NCBI GenBank assembly: GCA_015233115.1
Contig: JADFYJ010000001.1
Coordinates: 131,084 to 195,083 of the forward strand
Direction: 5' to 3'
Length of the DNA stretch: 64,000 bases
Source: Candidatus Omnitrophota bacterium
GTDB lineage: Bacteria; Omnitrophota; Gorgyraeia; Zapsychrales; Zapsychraceae
Position numbers and translations under genes: made by a program. A model generated the notes under the pieces. That model ran no database searches and had not been told where the DNA came from. It saw only the letters and a list, made by a program, of their open reading frames with translations. Positions 51,154 through 61,258 of the stretch are shown piece after piece; the first letter of the stretch is position 1; each line of letters begins with the position of its first letter.

Positions 51154-52200
51154 ATGGATAATGAAAATCAGGAACCGGTCAAATTTAAGCGACGTGTTCG
51201 TTATAAAGGCGCTCATCCGCGGCATTTTAACGAAAAGTATAAAGAATTAAATTTTGAAAAATATACATCTGATGTCGAAAAGGTTATTGCTTCAGGTAAA
51301 ACCCCAGCCGGAACACATCGGCCGATCTGTGTGGCGGAAATTTTAGATATTTTAAAACCGTTGCCTGGACAAATTGGCCTGGACGCGACTTTAGGTTTTG
51401 GCGGACATTCAGTTGAGTTTCTTAAAAAAATTGTACCGGGTGGGCGGTTATTTGCTTTGGATGTTGACCCGATTGAAATAATTCGTACGGAAAAACGGTT
51501 ACAAAAAATGGGGTTTAGTGAAAATGAATTAATCATAAAGCGCAGTAATTTTGCGGGTATGATTAAGTTGTTACATGAAGCAGGAGGCGGTTTTGATTTT
51601 ATTCTGGCTGATCTTGGAGTCTCCTCCATGCAATTGGATAATCCGGAACGAGGCTTTACATTTAAGTATGAAGGCCCGCTGGATTTACGCCTTAATCCTC
51701 AGCGTGGTCAATCAGCTGCTCAATTGATCAGGGCAGTGAATGAACAACAATTAGAGCGTATATTCTTTGTGAATTCAGACGAACCATACGCGAAACAGAT
51801 TGCTTCGGCTGTTTTTGTTCATAGACAACAAATTAATTTAACTACTGATCTGGCCCATGTTATAACGTCGGCTTTAGCCAATAAATCGCATCCCGATGCC
51901 GAAGTGGCAAAGTCTATTCGCAGGGTTTTTCAGGCTTTGCGCATTGAAGTTAATGATGAGTTTTCCGCGCTTGAACAATTTTTGCGGACCTTGCCAGTTT
52001 GTTTGAAACCAAAAGGACGTGTGGCGATTTTAAGTTTTCATTCCGGTGAGGATAATCGGGTGCGAGATTCTTTCAAGCAAGGGCTGATGGACAAAGTTTA
52101 TGAAGATATAAGCCACGAACCTATTCGGCCAAGTACGACTGAGCAATATGCTAATCCGCGTTCGAAAAGCGCGTTGCTGCGTTGGGCTATAAAAAAATAA
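51154..52200 (+). CDS. rsmH: 16S rRNA m4C1402 methyltransferase RsmH (MraW) with a ~50-aa basic N-terminal extension
   Basis: 'LDATLGFGGHSVEFL', 'DLGVSSMQLD'; not followed by ftsL/ftsI. Confidence 0.8.
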   Translation: MDNENQEPVKFKRRVRYKGAHPRHFNEKYKELNFEKYTSDVEKVIASGKTPAGTHRPICVAEILDILKPLPGQIGLDATLGFGGHSVEFLKKIVPGGRLFALDVDPIEIIRTEKRLQKMGFSENELIIKRSNFAGMIKLLHEAGGGFDFILADLGVSSMQLDNPERGFTFKYEGPLDLRLNPQRGQSAAQLIRAVNEQQLERIFFVNSDEPYAKQIASAVFVHRQQINLTTDLAHVITSALANKSHPDAEVAKSIRRVFQALRIEVNDEFSALEQFLRTLPVCLKPKGRVAILSFHSGEDNRVRDSFKQGLMDKVYEDISHEPIRPSTTEQYANPRSKSALLRWAIKK

Positions 52201-52218
52201 ATAAATAATGGAGAAGGC

Positions 52219-52611
52219 ATGAAAGATGAAACCAAAAATATAGCGCAATTAAAAGAAATAATTAAAAAATTTGTTACTGAGCGGGACTGGTTCCAATATC
52301 ATTCTCCCAAAAATCTGAGCATGTCCATTTCGATTGAAGCGGCTGAATTAATGGAGCATTTTCAATGGATGACAACTGAACAATCATTAGAGGTTAAATC
52401 TAATAAAGAAAAAATGGAAGAGATAAAAGATGAAGTTGCTGATGTGGGGATATATTTGTTGAATTTCTGTAATGTTTTGGGGATTGATTTTAGTAACACG
52501 GTAGAAAAAAAATTAGAAAAAAGCGCTAAAAAATATCCGGCAAATTTAGTGAAGGGCCAGGCGCACAAATATACACATTATTTAAAGTTGAAAAAAGGCG
52601 CGGAAGTTTAA
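52219..52611 (+). CDS. MazG-like nucleotide pyrophosphohydrolase
   Basis: 'FQYHSPKNLSMSISIEAAELMEHFQW' and 'EVADVGIYLL': all-alpha NTP-PPase EExxE/D motifs. Confidence 0.6.
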   Translation: MKDETKNIAQLKEIIKKFVTERDWFQYHSPKNLSMSISIEAAELMEHFQWMTTEQSLEVKSNKEKMEEIKDEVADVGIYLLNFCNVLGIDFSNTVEKKLEKSAKKYPANLVKGQAHKYTHYLKLKKGAEV

Positions 52612-52612
52612 T

Positions 52613-53356
52613 ATGTCAATAGAACAAATTAATCTGGTTAAAACAGATTTTCCTCAATCAAATCTTTTTAATTATTTACCAAAATTTTCGTCGATATATT
52701 TCAAAGGTCAAGCTTTAGAACATGTGCTTTCATTTTCTGCTGAGCGCGAAAGCCAGGAGTGTGGGGTTTTGGCTGTAACCATAATCCGTAAAGATGAAAA
52801 TTTCCTTTGGGATTCTACCCGCGATCTTTTAGATCGGGCCGTCAAAAATGCGGCATTTGCAACAAGAGGAATTTATACATTTAATTTATTAACTTTTGAT
52901 CTTCACAAAGAAAATAACTTCAAGTTTAATCATAATGAACTAGCGCAAGTTTTAATTAACTCATCGTTAAAACTCAGAGTTGGTGAGCAGGTACTAATAA
53001 AATATTTGTCGATGTATGGGCTGCTTCAAAAAATTGGCGACGAATCTTGGGGTAAAATTGTTTTTAAAACATCGGTTGAAATATTTAACGATAAGCCAAA
53101 TTTTCTTTTCGCTTTAGTGAGCCGAATACTTAAAACTGTAGAATTTGCGCATAATCCGGTATTGGTTTTGGTCAATGACTTGAGTACGTTTCCTTTGTAT
53201 GATCCAGCCAATGAAAAGCAAAAATATTTTTTGGATAAATTGATTACTGAACAGGCTAAAAATAGTATTGAATTCCCACCTGAAGTTTATATCCAAGATC
53301 GCCATGGCGTGAGGGAATTGCTTTCCAGAACAGTTGTTAAAAAGGGGGGCGCATGA
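52613..53356 (+). CDS. hypothetical protein
   Basis: ORF; start adjacent to the mazG-like stop; no recognisable domain. Confidence 0.35.
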   Translation: MSIEQINLVKTDFPQSNLFNYLPKFSSIYFKGQALEHVLSFSAERESQECGVLAVTIIRKDENFLWDSTRDLLDRAVKNAAFATRGIYTFNLLTFDLHKENNFKFNHNELAQVLINSSLKLRVGEQVLIKYLSMYGLLQKIGDESWGKIVFKTSVEIFNDKPNFLFALVSRILKTVEFAHNPVLVLVNDLSTFPLYDPANEKQKYFLDKLITEQAKNSIEFPPEVYIQDRHGVRELLSRTVVKKGGA

Positions 53357-56300
53357 AAAAACCTTTGATATTTATTTTAGCTTTCATGGTTATTTCTATG
53401 AGTGTTCGTCCTGGTTTTGCGGAAGAAAAATTTGAAGATACCGCCACCGGTAAAGCCGCTAAAGAAACTATTGAAGCGATGAGTAATTTTTTAAGTGACT
53501 GGGCAGAGATTAGCAGTTTGCCATTGGAACAAAAGATTGCCGTGGTTCGCAAAAATGCGCAAAAGCGTATTTGGGATAAGATGAAGGACCAGCAGTGGGG
53601 TGTGACAAAAAACGCGATCACCGAATATGCCAAAGCCCGCTTGCGTCAGGATATGTTCCGAGCAGCATCATTAGGCATGATGCATGAATGTATTGTGGAA
53701 GGGAAAAATGTCGCGGAGATGTGGAGTAAAGCAGATATCGATATTAAATCAAAAATTGAACCACGGATCGCGGCGCTGGGGAAAGTTCTTGATGGCGTGG
53801 AGATTAGCTGGGCGACGTATAGAAAATGGAATGAAGGCAAGCCGGATGAAGCTATGACGGATATGGGTAAAGCGATCGCGGACAAAGTGATGGAATTTTT
53901 TATTCCAGGATGGGGGTATTATCGTTTAGCGCAAGGGATGGTTGAAGCTTTAGGAAAATGGGTAATGGCCTACGCGTTTGATACAGCGTTAGAAGGCAAG
54001 ATTAACGCCATCGCGCCAGTAGCTCCAAAACAAAATCCCGAAGCGTTCGCGCAATGGCTCTTGACGGTTGACAATATCCCGGCATTTGTTAAGAGGGAAT
54101 GGGATGAACAAATCGGATATACCGGATTGTATGCTAAATACGATGGAGATGATAAAACGAAGGATGAATTTGGCGATGCCATGGAGAAAAAAATTGTTGA
54201 AACACTAGAGACCATGAAAACAGAAGCATTAAAACGTAAAACCGTGGAGAATGAGCTTAAAACCAAACTTCAGGAAGAAGATCGTAAAGCCGCGGATCTA
54301 TTAAAAAAAGTTCAAGATGCGACGGCTAAAACACAAGCCGCGATGGATCAAGCTTTAATGCCGTTAAAAAAATTCGAAGAAAAATATTATGGGTTGGTGA
54401 AACAAGATACACAGGAAGTCGTTGCCGAAGCGGAACAAAGTTATGAAAAAGTTCAGAACGATGTGCCTGATCCCAGTGCCTATAGTCCAATGGATCGTGG
54501 TTCTGTTATTAATGCTTTAGAAAATGAATACGCGCAGGTGGGAGAATCTTACAGCAAAGGTTATGATGAAAATGAAATGCAAAAACAAGGTGAGCTTGTC
54601 GCAAAAATTCGCGCGGAACAATTAAAAAAAGTAAGTGACCAAATTGCTGAAGCCGAAAAAAATGTTTTCGCAAAAAACAACGAGCGGAATGATGCGTCTC
54701 AACCGTATTTTGTTCAGAGCAATGCGATATGGGATGCTTGGTATCGGTCAGGAAAACCAATACCCGCGGCGGAAAAACAGCGTATGGATGATCTTATAAA
54801 ACAAGGTGGCGCGATTTCAAAATCATTTGAGCCTGCGGTCTTAGAAGCCATAAAAAAACAAACAAGTGTGAATGCCTTAGCCGGTCAAGATCGAGCGCGT
54901 TTAGCGGCTGAAGAAAAACTAGTGGTTGTTGATGCGCAAGAACGTTTTGCCAAAGCAGTTCAACTATTGGCAAAAGAAATTCCTTTGATTCAACAAGATG
55001 TTGATTTTGCGTATAAAAATTTTGAAATTGCTTTAAAAGCTTTCCAAGACGAGTCTGTGAACCTTAATTATCCCCAAGCTTATGATAATGTCGGCGGTCC
55101 ATATTTTACGTCGTTAGGATATATTCCAAGTCATCAAAATTATCCTCTCGATATTCAGCAAGTTATTTCACCTAGCCGTCTCGCTTTAAAAAAATGGGAA
55201 GCCGATGCGGTTCTTGCGCCGCAATTAGAAGCTATGCGGGAAAAAATGGATAATGATTATAATTTAGCGATTATGGCAGCAAAAAACAGATTCGATAATT
55301 TAGTCGGTGCGAAACATCAGCTGATTCGCGATCAGTATTGGGGCGCGCAGGTATATAACTGGGTGCCGGATGCGGTATTTCCGGCTGAATTAGCCATAAA
55401 TATTCCATATTTGACAGGAAAAGGTTTTAAACGCGATGTAGCGGCTTTGTATAAAAAAGAAGTTGAAGCTTTAAGAAAGCAAGTTAATGAGTTAAATGAA
55501 CTAGAACCATCTGTGGATCTTGCTGTTGCTTTTTGGAATATTTTTAGCCGTTTGGGACGTTTAACAGCTTATGAAGATGACGCGCTCAATAAAATTGATG
55601 TGGCCAGTCTTTGCAAAAAAAATGGAGATAATTATGGATTTAGCGTTGATCCTGCTGACTCTGACGGAGCAAAATTTATTGAAGACATGAAAACCGTATG
55701 GGATGCGAACAAAGTAAAAATTTTAGGGCTTAAAGATGTCAGGGAAAAATTTATAAAAGCCGCGGTCATGAAATTTCAGTTTTCTGACCCTCGTGACGAT
55801 AAATTACTGGATATGTATTTAAAAATACCTGACCGGATCGCAGAGTTTGAGAAGACTCTCGCTAACGCGAAAGCAGAGCGTGAACGCGCAATGAAAAGTA
55901 TTGTGGATAATGCCGCGCAATTCGTTCAACAGTATGAGACGATTTTAAAGGAAAATAAGGATTCGCGGGATCGGATTAAACGTCTTAAACTTTTACAAGA
56001 TGGCATCAGAATGTCCATGTCGCTGTTCCCTAGCAGTAAAAGTTTGACTGAACCTGCTGCCAAAGCTTGGGATCAAATAACCCTCTTCAACGGTAAATTA
56101 ACAAAATACGTGGAAAAATTACAAAAGGATATCAATAGCGGTATTTATTGGGATCAAAATGAGGGTCCTTTTTCACCAAAGCCGCCGATTAGTTATGTGA
56201 TATCGAATACGTTTGTTAACGGGATATCATCGAATGGGTTGTCCGCGGAAGTCGTCTTGACCACATCAGATCTGAAAAACGGAAAGATCGAAATTGGCGG

Positions 56301-57444
56301 ACAGCTTTCAACCATAGATGAGATTAAGGAAATCGCTATTGCGGAAGATGGACAAAGCTGGTCTGTTTTACCTAAACAGACTCAATACGTTTATGCGTTT
56401 ACGCCACACCCGCAAGGCATATACACGCCGCAGATTCGGATTACGACCATGACTGATCAAATTCGGATACTACCCGTCTTTATGAATATTCAGCGAATTA
56501 TTTTTAAAGACTTTAATTATGAACAGGCTGTCGTCGAGAGTGTCAGTAAAATTGCTGATAGCTATGAACAACAAAATTTCGGAGTGTTTAGCGATTATAT
56601 TTCTCGTGAGTTTATCGGGAATAAATCAATGGTCGAATCTGGCATCCGGGAGGATTTTGCCACTTTTTCTGATGTTCATTTAAACTTAAGAATCAGCCGT
56701 ATTGAACGACGTGGACAATTGTTCGCGGCAGATACCGAGTGGGATAAAACTCAAAAGATCCGCCAAAATAACAAAAATTTAAATTCAAAAGGCCGCACGA
56801 CATTTATGTTTATTCTGGAAGATGACCACATGAAAGTTAAGAGTTTACGTGGTGATCTACTTTACGCCGTTTTATCTAAAGAAATGGCGCAAGCCTGCGG
56901 AGCATCATTAAGCACAGTTGATAAATTGCTACAAGCAACAGGCAAGATACCATCCCCGTCAGGACCAGATACGCCCACGCCGGATACGAAACCTTCAGAT
57001 GAGAACGAGCCAAGTGTGCCAGATGCAAATACGCTAGACAAAGGAACTTTTACTTTGAAACAATTTAACGCGCATCCTGGAATGTCTGGCTTCGCGCAAT
57101 CTTACCGCTTTGCGACAAAGCAGGTTGTTGATGACGCGATGTTTGATTTAACAGGTGACTTTAGACGCAGGGAAGGCTGGATTGAGGCAGGATCAGGTGC
57201 TGGAGTTTTAGACTTAGGCAGTATTGGGTTAAATAATATTACCGAAGTTCCGGCGAATGGATATCAACAAGCTATCGGAGCTACGGTCGGCCATGTCTAT
57301 GCGGTTCAATTATCCAATGGAACATACGCTATTGTCGAATTTCAATCCGCGGATGGTGATCCGTCTGATCTTTACCAAGGCCGTCCTATTAGCGCGCGGT
57401 TGCAATACCTGTATCAAAAAAATGGGACCAGGTTATTTAAATAA
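53353..57444 (+). CDS. giant (1363 aa) secreted coiled-coil-rich protein
   Basis: Signal peptide MKKPLIFILAFMVISMSVRPGFA; long Lys/Glu-rich helical regions; C-terminal beta-rich domain; overlaps the upstream stop (ATGA). Confidence 0.5.
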   Translation: MKKPLIFILAFMVISMSVRPGFAEEKFEDTATGKAAKETIEAMSNFLSDWAEISSLPLEQKIAVVRKNAQKRIWDKMKDQQWGVTKNAITEYAKARLRQDMFRAASLGMMHECIVEGKNVAEMWSKADIDIKSKIEPRIAALGKVLDGVEISWATYRKWNEGKPDEAMTDMGKAIADKVMEFFIPGWGYYRLAQGMVEALGKWVMAYAFDTALEGKINAIAPVAPKQNPEAFAQWLLTVDNIPAFVKREWDEQIGYTGLYAKYDGDDKTKDEFGDAMEKKIVETLETMKTEALKRKTVENELKTKLQEEDRKAADLLKKVQDATAKTQAAMDQALMPLKKFEEKYYGLVKQDTQEVVAEAEQSYEKVQNDVPDPSAYSPMDRGSVINALENEYAQVGESYSKGYDENEMQKQGELVAKIRAEQLKKVSDQIAEAEKNVFAKNNERNDASQPYFVQSNAIWDAWYRSGKPIPAAEKQRMDDLIKQGGAISKSFEPAVLEAIKKQTSVNALAGQDRARLAAEEKLVVVDAQERFAKAVQLLAKEIPLIQQDVDFAYKNFEIALKAFQDESVNLNYPQAYDNVGGPYFTSLGYIPSHQNYPLDIQQVISPSRLALKKWEADAVLAPQLEAMREKMDNDYNLAIMAAKNRFDNLVGAKHQLIRDQYWGAQVYNWVPDAVFPAELAINIPYLTGKGFKRDVAALYKKEVEALRKQVNELNELEPSVDLAVAFWNIFSRLGRLTAYEDDALNKIDVASLCKKNGDNYGFSVDPADSDGAKFIEDMKTVWDANKVKILGLKDVREKFIKAAVMKFQFSDPRDDKLLDMYLKIPDRIAEFEKTLANAKAERERAMKSIVDNAAQFVQQYETILKENKDSRDRIKRLKLLQDGIRMSMSLFPSSKSLTEPAAKAWDQITLFNGKLTKYVEKLQKDINSGIYWDQNEGPFSPKPPISYVISNTFVNGISSNGLSAEVVLTTSDLKNGKIEIGGQLSTIDEIKEIAIAEDGQSWSVLPKQTQYVYAFTPHPQGIYTPQIRITTMTDQIRILPVFMNIQRIIFKDFNYEQAVVESVSKIADSYEQQNFGVFSDYISREFIGNKSMVESGIREDFATFSDVHLNLRISRIERRGQLFAADTEWDKTQKIRQNNKNLNSKGRTTFMFILEDDHMKVKSLRGDLLYAVLSKEMAQACGASLSTVDKLLQATGKIPSPSGPDTPTPDTKPSDENEPSVPDANTLDKGTFTLKQFNAHPGMSGFAQSYRFATKQVVDDAMFDLTGDFRRREGWIEAGSGAGVLDLGSIGLNNITEVPANGYQQAIGATVGHVYAVQLSNGTYAIVEFQSADGDPSDLYQGRPISARLQYLYQKNGTRLFK

Positions 57445-57516
57445 GTACAAAGGGGCATATTAATAATATTCCTAATACACATTTTTATGCTATATTGAAA
57501 AAAAAGGGAGAACCGT

Positions 57517-58164
57517 ATGTCCGTAAAAAATGTTCCATATAAATCTATCGCATTTATCATTGCTGTTATTTTAGTAGCTCAGCCAAAATCATCTTGTGCT
57601 GATAGAGGAGATCGGCATTTTTATCGTTATCATGATCGTCCACACTTTGGCATGCGTGTTTCATTAATCCCCGACGATTATTTTACTGTTTCCTTAGGCC
57701 GGTCACGGTATTATTATTACGATGGTTTGTACTATGACCAGATCGGCACTGAATATGTGATCGTCAATCCTCCCATCGGCGCAGTTGTTAATGCCATACC
57801 GTCTGATTTTCAGCCCATCATTATTAATGGTATGACATATTTTACGAATAATGGGATTTATTATGTATACACGCCACGGGGATATCAAGTTGTGCCTCAA
57901 CCTGTTATTGTTCAGCCAGCGCCAGTCATTGTTAATCAACAACCTGTTGTTTCAGAACCAAGTACCAGTCCGGCTTCTACAGTTACCGCAGCACCTGCAT
58001 CCGAAAATACGGAAGATTCTTTCACTGTAAATATTCCGAATGACAAGAGTGGTTATACAGCTGTGGTGATCAAGCGCTCAGCAAATGGATTTACCGGGCC
58101 GCAAGGTGAATTTTATCCAGAATTTCCAAAAGTTGCCCAGCTTAAATTAATGTATGGGAAATAA
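57517..58164 (+). CDS. secreted Tyr/Pro/Val-rich hypothetical protein
   Basis: Signal peptide; GGGAGAA RBS. Confidence 0.4.
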   Translation: MSVKNVPYKSIAFIIAVILVAQPKSSCADRGDRHFYRYHDRPHFGMRVSLIPDDYFTVSLGRSRYYYYDGLYYDQIGTEYVIVNPPIGAVVNAIPSDFQPIIINGMTYFTNNGIYYVYTPRGYQVVPQPVIVQPAPVIVNQQPVVSEPSTSPASTVTAAPASENTEDSFTVNIPNDKSGYTAVVIKRSANGFTGPQGEFYPEFPKVAQLKLMYGK

Positions 58165-58175
58165 ATATTGAGAAG

Positions 58176-58622
58176 ATGAGGAAGAATATGAAAAAAATAT
58201 TATTAACAATAATTGTGGTGTTCGCACTTTCCGGCTGTGCGACAAGTGTCAGATATGTTAGTTATACGGGAGAAAAATTCATACCTAAAGATAAATATTA
58301 TTTTGTCACAATGTATGACGCTCAACCGCCTAGTAATACCCAAGTATATACCGTCATCGGCAAAGTTGAAATTTCCGGCTTGGCCAGTAATGGTGTTAGT
58401 CCTGAATTATTAAAAGATCAGGCCAAAGCCATTTCCCGGAAAAAAGGAGCGGATGCTATTATTAATACGAAAATTGAGGCTGCTTCGTTTAGTGGAGTAT
58501 ATGCTTATACTGAACGCAGTCGGTATCGGCATTATCGAGTGACTGAATACATTCCTTACAGTGATCAAAGGTTGACTTTAAGCGGAGAATTGATTTTGTT
58601 TTCTCCAACCACAGTTAAATAA
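58176..58622 (+). CDS. hypothetical lipoprotein
   Basis: Lipobox LSGC; GAGGAAG RBS. Confidence 0.4.
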   Translation: MRKNMKKILLTIIVVFALSGCATSVRYVSYTGEKFIPKDKYYFVTMYDAQPPSNTQVYTVIGKVEISGLASNGVSPELLKDQAKAISRKKGADAIINTKIEAASFSGVYAYTERSRYRHYRVTEYIPYSDQRLTLSGELILFSPTTVK

Positions 58623-58636
58623 AACAAGTAGGGACA

Positions 58637-61198
58637 ATGTATATGCCTGATACGTTAACAAATCTAAATACAGCAAGCACAAATTGTTCAGATTGTGCAG
58701 TTGAGCAAATCCTGCAGCGCTTCAGCACTTCACTTAAAGGTCTAAGCGCGGAAGAAGCGCGCACTCGTATTGAAAAATACGGCCCTAATGAGCCAGCCAA
58801 AAAGAAAAAACGTTCACTCGCCTTTCAAATCCTTTTAAAATTTTTTGATCCTTTGATTATTGTGTTGTTGATCATCGCGGGCTTTTCATATTTTTTTGGT
58901 GAAAAAATTAGCGCATTTTTAGTTGTTTCAATGGCCGTTATGAGCGTGGTGTTATCATTTTTTCAAGAATACCGCGCTGGAAAAGAAGCAGATAAACTGA
59001 GTGAAATGGTGCGGGCTACAGCAACAGTTTTTAGAAATGGAAAACCACGTGAATTACCGATAAGAGAGCTGGTTCCAGGAGATATCGTCAATTTATCTGC
59101 TGGCGACATGATCCCTGCTGATCTTAGAATCATTTCCGGAAAAGATTTATTTCTTAATCAATCATCCTTAACCGGCGAATCTTTCCCGGTTGAAAAATCC
59201 GCTGGCCCAATTCAAACAAAAAGTAATTCTGCCTCAGATTTAACTAACATTGCTTTTATGGGATCAAGTGTCATAAGTGGTGCAGGGTTGGGAGTGGTGG
59301 TTAGAACGGGGTTAGTGACCCAATTTGGTGAAATTTCCCGTAAATTAGCGTCAGTAGCCATAGAAACTAGTTTTGAAAAAGGCATTAAAAATTTTACTTG
59401 GCTAATGATCCGTTTCATGATGATTTTAGTCGTTATTGTTTTTGCGGTTAATGCGTATTCAAAAGGGAATCTTATTCAGGCTTTGCTTTTTGCGTTGGCA
59501 GTGGCTGTTGGACTAACTCCGGAAATGCTTCCGATGTTGGTTGCTTTGAATCTTTCTAAAGGCGCCATAGCCATGTCCAAGAAAAAAGTTATTGTTAAGC
59601 GTTTAAATTCCATTCAAAATTTTGGCGCTATGGATGTGCTTTGCACAGACAAAACCGGAACACTGACCATGGATAAAATTGTTCTGGAAAAACATTGTGA
59701 TGTTGTTAGAAAAGAAAACCAGGATGTATTGAAATTTGCCTATCTTAACAGTTTTTACCAGACAGGTCTAAAAAACATTCTCGACCAGGCGGTACTAAAA
59801 TATGAGAAAATTTCCGTGACTGAATATAAAAAGATCGACGAGATTCCTTTTGATTTTTCGCGCCGCATGATGTCTGTAATCATAGAAACAAATGGGAAAC
59901 AGCAGTTGATTACTAAAGGCGCGCCTGAAGAAATATTTAAGCGCTGTACTAAATATGAATTAGACGGAGAAATGGTCGATTTTGATGCTTTGATTCATAC
60001 AGATTTAAAACAGGAATATGAAAATTTAAGCGCGGACGGATTCAGAGTGCTAGCGATTGCTTATAAAAATTTTGATAATCCTAAAGCCGCTTATTCTAAA
60101 GAAGATGAACAGGAGTTAATTTTAAAAGGATACATCGCTTTTCTTGACCCGCCCAAACCAAGCGCGAAAAAAACAATTGAGAGTTTACGCAGCTATGGTA
60201 TTGATTTTAAAGTATTGACCGGCGACAATGATCTGGTGGCAAAAAAGATTTGTCTGGAGATTGGGATTGATGTCAAAGGTATGCTCACCGGAGAACAGAT
60301 TGAAAAAGTGAATGACGATATTTTAGCAGACATGGTTAAAAATGTAAGCGTGTTTTCCCGGCTATCGCCTATGCAAAAAGAACGCGTTATCCGCGCCCTA
60401 CGTAAAAACGGCCATACGGTTGGTTATATGGGTGACGGTATCAATGACGCCCCTGCTTTAAAAGCAGCGGATGTAGGAATTTCTGTTGATAATGCCGTTG
60501 ATATTGCCAAAGAATCTGCCGATATCATTCTTCTGCAAAAGAGCCTCATGGTCCTGCAAGACGGTGTTATAGAAGGAAGGAAGACCTTCGGAAATATTCT
60601 TAAATATGTTAAAATGAGTTCTAGTTCTAATTTTGGCAATATGTTTAGTATGGTTGGCGCAAGTATTCTTCTGCCATTTCTGCCGATGCTTCCCATTCAA
60701 ATTTTGCTCAATAATTTTCTCTATGATTTATCACAAGTCGCGATTCCCACAGATGAGGTAGATGTGGACTATCTCAAGACGGCCAGACCGTGGAATGTCA
60801 ATTACATTAAAAAATTCATGCTATTGATCGGGCCAGTCAGCTCGATTTTTGACTATATCACTTTCGGAGTATTATGGTTTTTCTTTCATGCGTCGGCAGA
60901 GCAGTTTCAAACAGGATGGTTTTTAGAATCTTTGTGCACGCAAACATTAGTCATTCATATTATCCGGACAGGAAAAATCCCATTTTTAGAGAGTCGGGCC
61001 AGTCAGTTTTTAACCTTTACATCAATATATATTGTTACCATCGGCTTGATTTTACCTTTCACTCCCTTAGGCCATAATTTTGGTTTTGTTGCCCCGCCAG
61101 CCTTATATTTTTTATTTTTGATCGTCATTGTTGCCGCGTATTTATTTTTGGTTCAATTTGTTAAAACATGGTTTATTAAAAAGTACGGTTATGAATAA
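58637..61198 (+). CDS. mgtA: Mg2+-importing P-type ATPase
   Basis: 'CTDKTGTLT', 'TGDN', 'MGDGINDAPALK'; 10 transmembrane segments; MgtA-like N-terminus. Confidence 0.8.
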   Translation: MYMPDTLTNLNTASTNCSDCAVEQILQRFSTSLKGLSAEEARTRIEKYGPNEPAKKKKRSLAFQILLKFFDPLIIVLLIIAGFSYFFGEKISAFLVVSMAVMSVVLSFFQEYRAGKEADKLSEMVRATATVFRNGKPRELPIRELVPGDIVNLSAGDMIPADLRIISGKDLFLNQSSLTGESFPVEKSAGPIQTKSNSASDLTNIAFMGSSVISGAGLGVVVRTGLVTQFGEISRKLASVAIETSFEKGIKNFTWLMIRFMMILVVIVFAVNAYSKGNLIQALLFALAVAVGLTPEMLPMLVALNLSKGAIAMSKKKVIVKRLNSIQNFGAMDVLCTDKTGTLTMDKIVLEKHCDVVRKENQDVLKFAYLNSFYQTGLKNILDQAVLKYEKISVTEYKKIDEIPFDFSRRMMSVIIETNGKQQLITKGAPEEIFKRCTKYELDGEMVDFDALIHTDLKQEYENLSADGFRVLAIAYKNFDNPKAAYSKEDEQELILKGYIAFLDPPKPSAKKTIESLRSYGIDFKVLTGDNDLVAKKICLEIGIDVKGMLTGEQIEKVNDDILADMVKNVSVFSRLSPMQKERVIRALRKNGHTVGYMGDGINDAPALKAADVGISVDNAVDIAKESADIILLQKSLMVLQDGVIEGRKTFGNILKYVKMSSSSNFGNMFSMVGASILLPFLPMLPIQILLNNFLYDLSQVAIPTDEVDVDYLKTARPWNVNYIKKFMLLIGPVSSIFDYITFGVLWFFFHASAEQFQTGWFLESLCTQTLVIHIIRTGKIPFLESRASQFLTFTSIYIVTIGLILPFTPLGHNFGFVAPPALYFLFLIVIVAAYLFLVQFVKTWFIKKYGYE

Positions 61199-61258
61199 AG
61201 ACAATATATAGGGAAATGTACCTATAGACAAAATAAGCCAGAATTATATGATGAGCTG

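Noticed and set aside
53337-53633. 98-aa - strand ORF at the mazG-neighbour/giant-protein junction
   Set aside because: Antisense to two overlapping + strand genes with no translation signals.
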